A stretch of DNA of 63,694 nt, filler included, from Chrysochromulina tobinii (taxonomy: Eukaryota), in the NCBI GenBank assembly GCA_001275005.1. It is 5 parts of 5 records of this genome, joined end to end, with 100 filler letters (N's around TTAATTAATTAA, not from the genome) between each part and the next. Parts side by side here need not be neighbours in the genome. Positions count along the whole stretch, not along the records: positions 1 to 17,951 come from JWZX01000977.1; 4 more parts are not named here. One strand, given 5' to 3'. The notes under the pieces are model-generated. The model did not search any database. It was not told the origin of the DNA and saw only the letters and a program-made list of their open reading frames with translations. Position 1 is the stretch's first letter, and each line of letters begins with the position of its first letter. Shown piece after piece: positions 1-10,776 of the stretch. The position numbers and the translations under genes are program-made.

Positions 1-2
1 CA

Positions 3-1010
3 CGACCGCCGCCGCCGCCCTCGCCGCCGCCCGCGCCGCCGCCGCCGCCCTCGCCGAACCCCAGCCCGCCTCGGCCACCCGCGCACCCGCCGCCACCCAC
101 GCCGCCCTCGCATCCGCCAGGGTGGCACGAATCCCTCCCGCCGCCGCCCTCGCCGCCATATGTGGGCCCATTGGGGCGCGCGTGGGACGGCATGAAGCAT
201 TTCGTCACTTCGACGTTCGACGCAGTGCGCACGCCGATCATGTCCTTCGTCAAGGACGCCAGCGAGCACCGTCTGAGCGCGGAGCGGGTCTTCGTGTTGG
301 CTTTCGTGGCGATCCTGTCCACGGCGTGCTGTGCGCTGTGCTGCATCTGCTGGTGCATGAGCGACGCGGACGACTCTAGCAAACGCGCGGCGGCCGAGGG
401 CGGCGTCGGCGGCGGCGGCTTGCTCTCCGACCGAGAGTCCGAGATGCTCTCGATGCTCGATCGGGAGATCCTGGCCTCCAGGGATGTCCTCGATGCGAAG
501 CACAACGCGCGACGCAACGCGGTCGCGAAGGTGGGGGCCAAGGGCGGCCTGAGCCCTCCTCCGGGCAAATCGCGCGTTCGCTGGCTGCCGCTTCGTCGGA
601 TCACTCCGAGTGGCTACATGCGTGCCGGTACGCACGATGAGGACGGCGAGGGCGTCAACTTTGAGATTGGAGGCGATTCCGACGAGGAGGAGGACGCACC
701 GGCGTTGGGCGCGGTGCTCGGCACGGCGCCCATCGGCATGGCGCCCTGTGGCAACGCCGTCGCCTCCAGTGCCCTCTCCGTGTACGCGGACGTGCCTGAG
801 GGCACGGGCACCAGGCTGCGCCTCACCATAGCCTCCAGCGGCGGCGACGGCAGCGGCGGCGGCGCGGAGATCAACGTACCGCTGCCCGCGGGCGTGGTGG
901 CACATCAGGCGATCCGCTTCCAGCTGCTTCCCTCTCAGATCGCTGCGCTCCACGCCGAGGATGTCCTCGCGCTGCGCGACGGGCGCTTCCACGTGTCTCG
1001 CGTCTCGTAA
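3..1010 (+). CDS. 5'-truncated Pro-rich (extensin-like) single-pass membrane protein
   Basis: The frame of ORF 162..1010 is open from position 3 (RPPPPPSPPPAPPPPPSPNPSPP...). A hydrophobic helix VFVLAFVAILSTACCALCCICWC is followed by a Cys-rich juxtamembrane stretch and an acidic tail. Confidence 0.65.
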   Translation, partial: RPPPPPSPPPAPPPPPSPNPSPPRPPAHPPPPTPPSHPPGWHESLPPPPSPPYVGPLGRAWDGMKHFVTSTFDAVRTPIMSFVKDASEHRLSAERVFVLAFVAILSTACCALCCICWCMSDADDSSKRAAAEGGVGGGGLLSDRESEMLSMLDREILASRDVLDAKHNARRNAVAKVGAKGGLSPPPGKSRVRWLPLRRITPSGYMRAGTHDEDGEGVNFEIGGDSDEEEDAPALGAVLGTAPIGMAPCGNAVASSALSVYADVPEGTGTRLRLTIASSGGDGSGGGAEINVPLPAGVVAHQAIRFQLLPSQIAALHAEDVLALRDGRFHVSRVS

Positions 1011-1706
1011 CAGCTCGCCCAATGGGACGTCGCGCCGTCGTGGGCACCGACCGAGCGTGGCGAGGCAGTGGTGAGGGCGGGGGGGACGGAGGCGGCGAGG
1101 GTGGCGGTAAGGCGCAGGCGAGGAAGGTGGTGAAGGTGGAGGTGACGGTGGAGGCGACCGAGACGGCGAGATGGCGGAGGAGAGGGCGCCCCCCCGGACT
1201 CCTGCAGGTCTGTGCAGCGCGGACGAGCGGACCGCAGGAGGCCGAAGAGCCGGACGCTGAGACGAGAGCGCGACGGCGTGGGCCACGTAGCTACCACGTA
1301 GCAGCTGCACTCTCCCCCAGATCGTTGATCCACATTTCCAACTCCTCGGAGATGTCTTTTACCGAACACGTTGCAACCTCGAACCTGAACCTCAGTCCTC
1401 ACCGTGAGGACCTCACGGCATACAATTCAAATGTTCAATCACGAATCAGGCGGGTGGGGATGGTCATGACGCATGCTGTGTAAGAAAACTGAAAATGTAA
1501 GCCACTTGTTCTTCTTCTTTCTAGCAGGAAATTCACGGAATTTACCTCGACCAATTCGAGGATTCGAGCGAGTACTCAGTACTTGTGTTGACCGAGGGGA
1601 GCGGAGCCGTCCTTTGAGACGGTGTCGAGAGACGGTGGTGTGGTCAGAGCGCGCGGGGGGACACCGCGGACGAATAACGGACGAAATTGACTGACTCAGA
1701 TCTGCG

Positions 1707-1831
1707 CATTTCGGCACCGGTAAAAAGACACCGGGCTCCGGGGGGAGCCGGGTCACACACGGGACACACGGGCGCACACGGGCACACGGATCACTAACAC
1801 AGACGAACCTCACATTTCGGCACCGGTAAAA
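1707..1831. repeat. 19-bp direct repeat flanking an 87-nt filler with CACACGGG repeats
   Basis: catttcggcaccggtaaaa occurs at 1707-1725 and 1813-1831. Confidence 0.85.
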
Positions 1832-1906
1832 GCTGGAGATGTGCGATCTCCGACGAGACCTGACAAGATGTTGTTGGTCTTCACGGCCGCGACTAATCAA
1901 CACCAA

Positions 1907-3196
1907 ATGCGAGTCCTTGCCCTCGCCACATTCGCAACCGCCACGGTGGCCGGCTTTGAAGTTTTCTCTTGCAGTGCAGGCATCAAATCTCTGCAACCAT
2001 CACGGTCGATGATCTCAATGCTTGCAGTGCAGGCATCAACCAAGTCCACGACACCACCCTTCCTCTCTCTGTCGGTGGCAGAGCTTTCGGAGCAAATAGG
2101 TGGCAGCGGCCGTGCAAAAGCCGTCTGGGAGGCGCTGCGAAATGGCGAGGATCCACGCCTCTTGCCCGATTCCGGAAAGGCCGTCTCAGATTTCCTGCTC
2201 TCACGCGACGTCACGCCGTCAACGGTGCAGCTGGTGAGCGGATCGGAGGATGGGACGACGAAGCTGCTTGTGAAGCTGCGAGATGGGCTTCAGGTCGAAA
2301 CGGTGCTCATCCCTGTGCGCAAGAGGAGTCCGGACGACGCGGGCGGTACCACTCGGAAACCGACCACAGAGCGCACCACGCTGTGTGTCAGCTCTCAGGT
2401 TGGATGTGACCGCGGCTGCCAGTTTTGCGCGACGGGGACCATGGGGCTGGTCCGCAACTTGAGCGCGGACGAAATCCTGAGCCAGATGATCCATGGAGTG
2501 CGGGTGGTGCGTGAATCGGGACTCCCACCCATCGGCAACGTCGTCTTCATGGGCCAGGGCGAGGCTGGGCGCAACGCCGAGGCGGTGGTGGCGGCTGCCA
2601 CAGCCCTGACAGACCAAAACCGCTTCGGTCTGGCGAGGCAGAAGGTGACCATCTCGACTGTGGGAGTGGATGCCGCCTCGCTGGAAGCGCTTGCGCGAGC
2701 GCCTGCGATGCTCGCGTGGAGCGTGCATGCGGCCGATGCAGAGCTCCGAAGGCGCCTCGTCCCGACATCAAGGGCGCACTCTCCCGAGGAGCTCCGGGAC
2801 GCGCTTGCAGACGCCCTGTCCACTCGGCCGGAGAAGGCGCGCACGCTCATGATTGCCGTCACGCTGCTCGCGGGGATCAATGACAGCCCGGAGCACGCGC
2901 AACAGCTCGCCGAATTCCTCAGGCCGCTGCTCACAGTCGTAAAGAAGATCGCGGTCGATCTGATTCCGTACAACCCACACGACGGCGCGCCTGTTGAGTT
3001 CGAGAGGCCTGCCGATGAGCGCGTGTATGCCTTCTTGCAGCAGATTCGAGCGGCTTTCGAGGGCAGCACCGCTTTGGGCTACGGCGTGTACGTCTCCGTG
3101 CGCGTGCCCAGGGGAGACGAAAAGATGGCGGCGTGCGGCCAATTGGTCACTTCGAGGCAGGCGATCGTTGACAGCGTCGCTGAGGTCGTGGAATGA
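1907..3196 (+). CDS. rlmN: Radical SAM RNA methyltransferase, RlmN/Cfr family, probably organelle (plastid)-targeted
   Basis: TLCVSSQVGCDRGCQFC (CxxxCxxC plus upstream Cys), VFMGQGE, ISTVG, SVHA, GINDS, LIPYNP and C-terminal AACGQL. The N-terminus MRVLALATFATATVAGF is signal-peptide-like. An alternative ATG lies at 1868. Confidence 0.9.
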   Translation: MRVLALATFATATVAGFEVFSCSAGIKSLQPSRSMISMLAVQASTKSTTPPFLSLSVAELSEQIGGSGRAKAVWEALRNGEDPRLLPDSGKAVSDFLLSRDVTPSTVQLVSGSEDGTTKLLVKLRDGLQVETVLIPVRKRSPDDAGGTTRKPTTERTTLCVSSQVGCDRGCQFCATGTMGLVRNLSADEILSQMIHGVRVVRESGLPPIGNVVFMGQGEAGRNAEAVVAAATALTDQNRFGLARQKVTISTVGVDAASLEALARAPAMLAWSVHAADAELRRRLVPTSRAHSPEELRDALADALSTRPEKARTLMIAVTLLAGINDSPEHAQQLAEFLRPLLTVVKKIAVDLIPYNPHDGAPVEFERPADERVYAFLQQIRAAFEGSTALGYGVYVSVRVPRGDEKMAACGQLVTSRQAIVDSVAEVVE

Positions 3197-3692
3197 TGGC
3201 ATCTTAGCCATGCTTCCATCGAAGGACTCGCTTCATGAGGGATGCGGCAAGCGTTCGTCTCGTGGCGTATAGCCCGCTCGTCGTGCGAAGCGCGTTTCAC
3301 GCCAGGTGCCCAGGGTCGTGAACTCGGGGGCCACGGCAGGTGTGGTCCGGTGCATTTTCAGCTGTAGCTAATTACAACTGCCCAACTGCCGCCACTGCTA
3401 AAGACACGCCATGACACGCTAAAAGGTTAGAAATTGCTCACGCGCTCTCGCTCGGCTAACATCGCTCTCTAGTAAGAAGCGCCGCGCTCCCATAATGGCG
3501 GCCCATTCGATCTGGGTGGGCGGGATGGTCACATTCCCTCGTATCTGAAGCTCCCTTGGCTGTGCCGTGCATGGCTGGCCTCGTCGCTGCTGCATGGTAC
3601 ATGCACTGGTTGCATGGTAGCAAGGCACTGGGTCGCACCGCGTCTCACTGTCATCATGCTGTCACATTCTGCACATGTGGGGAGGATTTGGC

Positions 3693-4511
3693 TCACCAAC
3701 CAGTCTCACCGCCAACTACCACGTCGCCCTCCGCATCCGTCCTCATCGTGTGCGGCACGACCGAGGCGCTCATCGGGAACTCGACTGGCGCGGTGTTGAC
3801 GACGCGGACGACGTTGCCCGAGCCCGGCGTCACCAGGAAGCAGAAGAATGGCCGGTCGAGGCCGTCTTCGGTGTAGAGCTCAATGACCTGCTTGTTGTTG
3901 TTGGGACCCTGCAGCAGCTCGATGCGCGCGTTGAGCGGGCGGCCGTCGGTCTTAAGTAGCACCTGCACGCTCTCCACGTTCGGGTCGAACGGGTAAGTGC
4001 GGAGCGCGCCACCCTGGATGGTCGTCAGCGAAGAGAGGCAGTCGTTGGACGGCTGGTCGACCATATCGGCAACCACGTTGGCCGAGATAGGGAACTCGAT
4101 CTGTCCGATGTTGCGCACCGCCACGGTGTTGGGTCCGCGCGGTGTCTCGATCACCGCCGAAAAGGGGCGCAACTGACCGTTCTCCACGTATACCCGCATC
4201 TTGCAGGGCGTGTTGTCGGGCCCGTGCCATAGCTCGATATCGGCATCGAGTGGGCGACCATCGGTGCTGAGGACGACCTGCACCTGTTCCACCGCCGGGG
4301 AGCGGTACGACCAAGTGCGGAGCGAGCCACCCTGAACCAGAATCGACGAGTCCGTGATCGGAGGTGCCCTGGCTGGCACGATACCGCCGGTGACGTGAGC
4401 CGCTCTGCCGACCGCAGCGATCGGCGCCATTTGCATCACGGGCGGCGCCACGCGCGCCACGCGCGCCACGTTGAGGCTCGGCACAAGCAGGTAAGGGAGG
4501 GTGAGCGCCAT
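3693..4511 (-). CDS. Uncharacterised algal protein made of two tandem homologous ~90-aa beta-rich domains, with an N-terminal targeting leader
   Basis: Internal duplication: QGGSLRTW...STDGRPLDADIELWHGP...EFP versus QGGALRTY...KTDGRPLNARIELLQGP...EFP. ATG at 4511. Resembles a diatom/haptophyte hypothetical family (from recall, not searched). Confidence 0.85.
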   Translation of the reverse strand: MALTLPYLLVPSLNVARVARVAPPVMQMAPIAAVGRAAHVTGGIVPARAPPITDSSILVQGGSLRTWSYRSPAVEQVQVVLSTDGRPLDADIELWHGPDNTPCKMRVYVENGQLRPFSAVIETPRGPNTVAVRNIGQIEFPISANVVADMVDQPSNDCLSSLTTIQGGALRTYPFDPNVESVQVLLKTDGRPLNARIELLQGPNNNKQVIELYTEDGLDRPFFCFLVTPGSGNVVRVVNTAPVEFPMSASVVPHTMRTDAEGDVVVGGETGW

Positions 4512-5104
4512 GTGGGACACGGGAAATCAGAGAATGTTGTCTGATTTTCTCGATTTTCTTCGAAACGTCAATCAGGGCTCGGAGATGCACGTTCAGATAC
4601 TGCGAGATGCATGTGAAGTTCGCGCACCAAGTGTCAGTGGAAGTACGTACCTAGATCGTGAAACCAAGTGTCAGTTTTTGTCCTAAGAGAGGGGTCTTGA
4701 CACAATGTTTCGTCTAGGTACGTCTAAAATTAGCGAGCCGTAACACCTCTGTCACGCACATGCTGTCACGCCCCTGCCTGTCCCCTGGGCACGCGTGGGT
4801 GGGCCAGAGCCCCAGACGGGACGCGGGAGAGCGGGACGCGGCGTCAGGCCGTCACCTGGAGGTACTAAGACCGCGGTTTAGAGTACACCTACACGTGCCC
4901 GCGTGCGCGACCGCGAGCTTCTCGGCGCTCGGCGGTCGAGGGGGAGGTCGGGCCGGGTCCAGCCCTCACCGGACCTGGGGCTGGGCAAACCTCTAACCTG
5001 GGCGCTGGGGCGTCAGCGCCGAGTGGATGACGGTATAAAAAAAACGCGAATCGCTCTACTCCGCTCAAACGTACCCCCTCCCAATCCCCCCCCACGGAAC
5101 GGAC

Positions 5105-6220
5105 TCACTGGTCGGCCATGAAGCCGGTGCCACCAGCGCCTGCTCCGGCGCTCCTGCCTCCGCTGCCGCGCAGTGTGCACGGTAAGAGGCAGCCGCCGCA
5201 GTGGACAAGGCACAGCGTGCAACCGTTGGCGTCGCAGCACGCGCCGTCGCGCTCAAAGTACATGTAATCGGCGAGGAGCAAGGTGCCCAGCAGCAACGCC
5301 TTCTGATGCGCCGAAAGTTGCGCGGCGGGCGGCAACTCAAGCGTGTACACGTCCGCGTCGGTGACTGCCTCTCGGAGATTACCGGCGAGATCGGTGGGCT
5401 TCCGCTTCACGATGCGCCCGAGCGAGCCCTCGACCACATGGCCACCGACGGCGGCGGCCGGCGCGATCGAAAACTTGGTCGACCTACAGAGCTCGAGGCA
5501 GCCGCCGAAGAGGCAAGGGCCCTTGACTGTCGCGAGCGAGCGGAAGCCGGTGGGCTGCCGCTCCATGACGGTCAGCGTGGGCGTCAAGCCGCCTGCCAAA
5601 AATGGCTGCGTTGCAAAGCCGACGCAGCGCGGGTTGGTGGTCCTGATGCCACCGGCGCTCACGTCGGCCGAGAGGGCGCCCGCGTGCATGTACATGCCAT
5701 CCTTACAGGGATCGCTGCACGCGACGCAGCACAGGCACGGCTTGGCGAGCATGCAACCCGGCCTCTCGAGCGTCAGCACTGTGCCGAGCGTGTCCACATC
5801 CACCATGTGCGAGAGCATCGGATTGAGTCCGGCGGCGGCCTTGAGCTCGAGGAAGAGGCTGTGGTAGGGTGCGCAGCAGTAGCGCGGAACACAGTCCGAG
5901 CGCTCCTTGGCGATGAACAGATGCATGCCCGTGACGCCGTCGTACACGTCGTAGATGTTGGAGCGTTCGCACGCCGGGCAGAGCCCCTCGGTCAGGCTCG
6001 GCCGCTGCATGATCGTGTAAGTGTCCGTCGCATGCAGCAGCGAGGCCGTCATCTCATCAATACCGAGAGCGTCGTGCACGCGGCCGCCGACAGGAATGCC
6101 AGCAGCGACGGGCACGAAGCCACCAAAATGAAACGCGTCCGAGGGCAGCGACTGATACAGCGGCTGCGCGACCGCCACCGGCGACGCGTTGGACTTGGAT
6201 CCGCCACCGCCGAACATCAT
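5105..6220 (-). CDS. Phospholipid scramblase-like protein
   Basis: Family-type motifs ERSNIYDV...LFIAKERSDCVPRYCCAPYH, ERPGC Cys-rich loops, EAVTDADVYTLELP and QKALLLGTLLLADYMYFE. Likely start MMFGG at 6220. Confidence 0.85.
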   Translation of the reverse strand: MMFGGGGSKSNASPVAVAQPLYQSLPSDAFHFGGFVPVAAGIPVGGRVHDALGIDEMTASLLHATDTYTIMQRPSLTEGLCPACERSNIYDVYDGVTGMHLFIAKERSDCVPRYCCAPYHSLFLELKAAAGLNPMLSHMVDVDTLGTVLTLERPGCMLAKPCLCCVACSDPCKDGMYMHAGALSADVSAGGIRTTNPRCVGFATQPFLAGGLTPTLTVMERQPTGFRSLATVKGPCLFGGCLELCRSTKFSIAPAAAVGGHVVEGSLGRIVKRKPTDLAGNLREAVTDADVYTLELPPAAQLSAHQKALLLGTLLLADYMYFERDGACCDANGCTLCLVHCGGCLLPCTLRGSGGRSAGAGAGGTGFMADQ

Positions 6221-6436
6221 ATGGGGATAAAAGCACGCGGAAGCCGGCCGCAGAAGCCTATGCCTCCTCAGGCTCGCGTGTGCATGCGTTACGTGCGTAC
6301 CGCCAAACCCTGTGCGCTGAAGTGTGAAGAGCCTCTGTTTTTTGGCCCTCAATACTTGGAGAGACACTCGGCACGCGTCCTAACACCTATCCTGTAGGCT
6401 ATTCTACGTTCTAAGTCAGAGCCACATGCTTGAATC

Positions 6437-8108
6437 TCACACGCAGGTATCATGTCGAGCACGCGCGGCGGCGGGGCGCCGCCACGCGACGTCCCACTCG
6501 ATGCCTGGCTGGCCCTCGAGCCAGTAGAGCGCCCTAAAGAGTTGAGACAGAACAGGGTCGAGGGATACAGGGGCAAGGGGAGGGGCGAGGCAGGGCTCCA
6601 GCGAGGCGGTGGGCTCGGGGCCATCCTGAGCTTTCGCACCGTCCGGAGCACAAACGCTTTCATGAGCGGACGCGCCGTCCTGAGCATCCGCGCCGTCCTG
6701 ATCATAGGCGCCGTTATGAGCCTCCGCGCCGTGCTGAGCTCCCACGCCGTCCTGAGCACCCTCGTCGCCGTGCCCTAGTGGGTCGCAGTGGAGGAGCGTC
6801 ACAACACGCCCGTGCGCGGCCGCCTCGGCCCGCCCGTCCGGCCATTGCATGCTGGCCAACGTCGCGTCCACGCACGCGGCTTGCTGGGCGGCTTCGCATG
6901 GGAAGGTCGGATGAGCGGTGCGCCCGCGCGTGCGCTCGAGGAGCACCGCACGATGGCGCGCGCTCAGCACTGCGCGCACGGTTATGTCGGGTGCGTCGGT
7001 TACGTCGGTTACGTTGTGTCCGTCGGGTGCGTCGGTTACGTCGGTTACGTCGGTTACGTCGGGTGCGCCGGTTACGTCGGTTACGTCGGTTACGTCGGGT
7101 GCGCCGGCGCCAGGTTCGAAGCTGACCACAACGACGCGTGACGCGCGGAGCCGCGCCGTCCAGCCCGCGCGAGCCTCGCGGCTCGAATTCGCAGAGTCGT
7201 ACACGGCCACCCGACCGTTGGCCGCGGCCACTTCCAGCTGCGCACACGCCGCGGCATGCGCCTGGCGCTTGGCCGCTCCGACGCCGGCGCCGCCGGCACG
7301 GCACGCGCTGAAGAGAACGTCCCGCTCTACGATGGTCAACGTGCCGACCGGCATGGTCGTGAGCATGGCCGCGCAGAGCGTAGTCTTCCCAGAGCCGGCA
7401 GGGCCCACTGGCAGCACAAGCGCCCTCGGGCGCCGAAGCAGCAGCAGCGCGCTGCCGGTGAATGCTGTCTGTGGGAAGTGGTCGAAACGCGCTGCGTCGG
7501 CGACGGCGAAGCCATCTTCTCCCGAGAGCAGATCGAGTAGATCGTTCACGGCCGTCGCGTCGCAGCACCCGACGTACACGAGGAGCTTGAGAGGCAGGGA
7601 GCGTAGCGCGGCACACATGGCGCGGCCTAGACCTCGACGGCCCGCCGACACGAGCGCGAAGCTCCCGTCGTCGCCCGCGCCCGCGAGGGGAAGCGTCGAG
7701 ATGAGCGAGACTGTCGCGGCGCCCTTAGGGCACAGACGCGCGCGGATGTCAGCCGAAGTGGCGGCGGCAGCGACGGCGGTGCTGGCGGGCGTGGCGGCGT
7801 CGTCGGCGGTAGCACGCGGCGCGCCGCTCCGCAGCCGGGCAATATTCGCGATGAGGTCGGCGTGTGCATTCGAGCAGTGCGTGACCGCATGCAGTGCCGG
7901 CGGTGGCCGCTCCGCCGCCTGAAGCCCATCTGTCGGCGTTGGCTTGGACTGGTCAGGGTTGGCTTGGTCAGGGTTGGCTTGGTCAGCATGGGCTTGGAGC
8001 GGCCGCTCCGCCTCAAGCCAATTTGCCAGTAGGCCAACGAACAAGTTGACGTCACGACCGAGCACCAACGCGTGTGCACTTGAACGAACGATGCTCGTCG
8101 CAGCGGCA

Positions 8109-8163
<55 letters not shown>

Positions 8164-8791
8164 GCAAGAGTGGCGCGGCTGAGCTCGCCGGCGGCTCGGG
8201 CACGTGCGGCGCGACACCGAGCCACCAGCTCAGGCGGCGCACCATCGCGCTCGCCGTCGCCGGGTTGACTTGCGAAAGCGTCTCAGGGCCTATGAGATAC
8301 GTACAGGAGGGCGGATGCTCCTCGATCAGCCGCGCGTCGCCAAAGAGAGGCACGCATGCGGCGGCCTTGTCGGGACGCGCCGCGCTCGACGCCAGCTGGA
8401 AGCACGCACTCACGGCCAAGCCATCAACGGCGGCACGCACATAGCTCTCAAAGGCCGTGAGCTCCGCCGTCCAGATGGGATCGAAGGCCAACGTGCTCGC
8501 GCCCGCTTCCCCAGAGACCTGCAGTATGAGTTTGAGCTGCAGCGCTCCCGATCGGCTCGCTCGCACCGTCAGCTCGCGCCAAAAGCCACGTGGCATCGCC
8601 GAGTGCTCCTCGACCCACTCGGCGACCGCTGCAGCCACGCGCTTCACGTTCGGCATGCCGAGGTTGTCGGCCGCGATGGCAGCACGCGTGAGGACACCGT
8701 ACACCATGCGAGAACGGTAATGCGAGGTTGGCGAAGGCTCGAGCCGCACTGCCTCGAGTGCTTCGCGGAGGAGGAGGAGGGCGTCGCGCAT
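6437..8791 (-). CDS. Fusion protein: TrmA/RlmD-like (m5U) SAM methyltransferase domain plus C-terminal AAA_33-type P-loop kinase domain
   Basis: YRSR, ETLSQVNP (FxQVN-like), GRRGLG (PPRxGL-like), LVYVGCC and FDHFPQT, followed by Walker A GPAGSGKTT, IVERD and VYDSANSSREAR. Interrupted by low-complexity inserts. Confidence 0.7.
6980..7105. repeat. 9-bp GGTTACGTC tandem array encoding (DVT)n inside the kinase region
   Basis: Repeated gttacgtcg units; translation PDVTDVTDVTGAPDVTDVTDVTDAPD. Confidence 0.9.
8102..8163. repeat. (GCG)n trinucleotide repeat encoding poly-Ala
   Basis: Long ggcggcggc tract inside the methyltransferase ORF. Confidence 0.95.
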
Positions 8792-8937
8792 GTGCGCTGT
8801 GAATGTTAACACGAAAAACGGGCAATAAATGAAACATTCAGTATTTTCCTTCGGCGCGCCGCCTCAAACGTGTCGCAAAAGCCTACTGATTTAAATGGGT
8901 CACAAAGTTTCGTCATAGGACATCCGCGAAACCAAGG

Positions 8938-10776
8938 ATGAAACAACTCGTGGTACCCGCATCGGACCACACGTCCCATATGGCCTTTGCAGAGCCGGAC
9001 CGTGCGAAACTCGTATGGGGCGAGCTGAACGTGGACATGATCAACACTGCCCTGCCCTTCAAGGTGTCGGTCAGCGCGGTGGGCGAGGACAAACAGCCGA
9101 TCAACAACTACGAGGGCCATCTGACCATCTCCGCGGTGCAGTCCAAGGTGTGCCTCGCCGAGGGCTTCGAGAGCGGCCGGCTCGGCCTCTGGTGCGTGTC
9201 ATCGGTGGCCCGAACACGGGCGTTATCGCGCGCATATCCCGGCTGACTCTGAGCTGCTGGTGGTTCACCGCCCCGTCTCGGGTGCCCCTCCTCCCTATTC
9301 CCTCGCAGGGTGCCCAACGACCTGCCTGGCCACTACCAGCACGGCTTCGACCACCAGATCTGCGCACCGGAATCAAGGGCCTCGCTCTACCTGTGCGGCG
9401 GCAACGAGTCCAATTTCGGCATGACGCTCAAGCTGCCTTCGCCCGACGCCGGCTCGGCTGAGGAAAGCGGAGCGGCGCCGCTGCCAGAGGACGCTGTGTC
9501 GGAGGATCCGACGGCCTTTGACGGCGCCTTTCGGCCTGACGCGGTGACCTTCTACGTGCGGACTGACAACAAACACGCCGACGCCGGCCATTTCATCCTT
9601 GGCGAGTCGAACGAGGTCAATAAGCGCGTGGCGCAGTTCCAATTTACTCGGGACGGGCGCATGGGGCTGCTCGGCACTGGAGGGACGACGCATGGCGCGA
9701 CGGGGTACGAGCCTAACCGATGGTACCTGATCGAGCTGCGCTTCGACTGGGACATCAAGCAGGTCGCCTTTTACGTCGACCATCAGCTGCAGCAGCGCTC
9801 CATCCCGTTTCGGCGCGAGACCTCCTGCTTCATCGGTGCTTGCGCGCTCGGCAACCGCGACCGGTGCACCACTTGGTTCGACTCGATTAAGTTCGTGCGC
9901 GAGACGAAGCTGTGCAAGACGGAGCTGTGCGCACTCGCGGGCAGGGCCGACGCGTGGATCGGCCCTCTTGGTCACGAGAGCGCCACCGCCGGCTGCCTGC
10001 TGCGCGTCGAGGACTCTGCGGGAAACGTAGGCGAGGAGTTCGGTCCCATCTTCCCTCTCTCGAGTACGGAGGGCGCGCAGCGTGTGGCGATCAATGCGGC
10101 GGCGCTGTCCGAGTTCGTCGCGCTCCTCGACGACGCCGACTCCGCCGATGTCGTCTTTGTCGCGGAGGGCCGCCCGCTGCACGCGCATCGCTGCATCCTG
10201 ACCGCGCGCTGTGAGGCGTTTCGGCTCATGTTCAACTCACCGATGCGTGAGGGCACGGGCGGGCGCGAGGGTGATGCAGCGGGCAGCATGGGCGCGCGGG
10301 CGGGTTGTACCGAGGTGGCCATCGAGGAGGCGAGCCACGCTGCATTCCGATGCATGCTATTATACGTGTACGGAGGCGCCGTGCACGTGCCCGAGGAGCT
10401 CGCGGTAGAGCTGCTCGGCCTGGCTGACCGCTTCCTTCTCGGCGGGCTCAAGCAGTTGTGTGGCTTCACACTCGCGCGGATGGTGGCGGTGGATACGGTA
10501 GCACTCATCATCCAGGCGGCCGAGCGCTGGGACGCGCCCAAGTCGGCGCTCAAGGCGCTCTGCCTCGACTTCATCCTCTCGCATTACGAGGCATGTGTCT
10601 CGCATCCGGTCTTCGAGGAGCTGCAGAGCTCGCCGCAGCTCCTGCTCGAGATCACGCGAGCTGCGACCAAGATCGTCGTGCCCGATCGTACCCACGCACT
10701 GACTGCAGCTTCAGGCAGGCTCGTCGAGCTCGGGGCCGGGGGCAGCAGTGGGCGCAAGCGCCGCCGCGACAGCTGA
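8938..10776 (+). CDS. ConA/LamG-like domain + BTB/POZ protein; join(8938..9191,9309..10776)
   Basis: GT-AG intron 9192-9308 (tg|gtgcgt...cctcgcag|g) joins ORF 8938 and ORF 9310 in frame. BTB motif ADVVFVAEGRPLHAHRCILTARCEAFRLMF...LLYVYGG. C-terminal RKRRR is NLS-like. Confidence 0.88.

Noticed and set aside
1022..1483. ORF downstream of the first gene
   Set aside because: Low-complexity GA-rich sequence without motifs; likely UTR.
1907..8791. rlmN and TrmA-like genes as an RNA-modification cluster or bacterial HGT island
   Set aside because: They are separated by unrelated eukaryotic genes, on opposite strands, with host-like composition and a targeting leader on rlmN.
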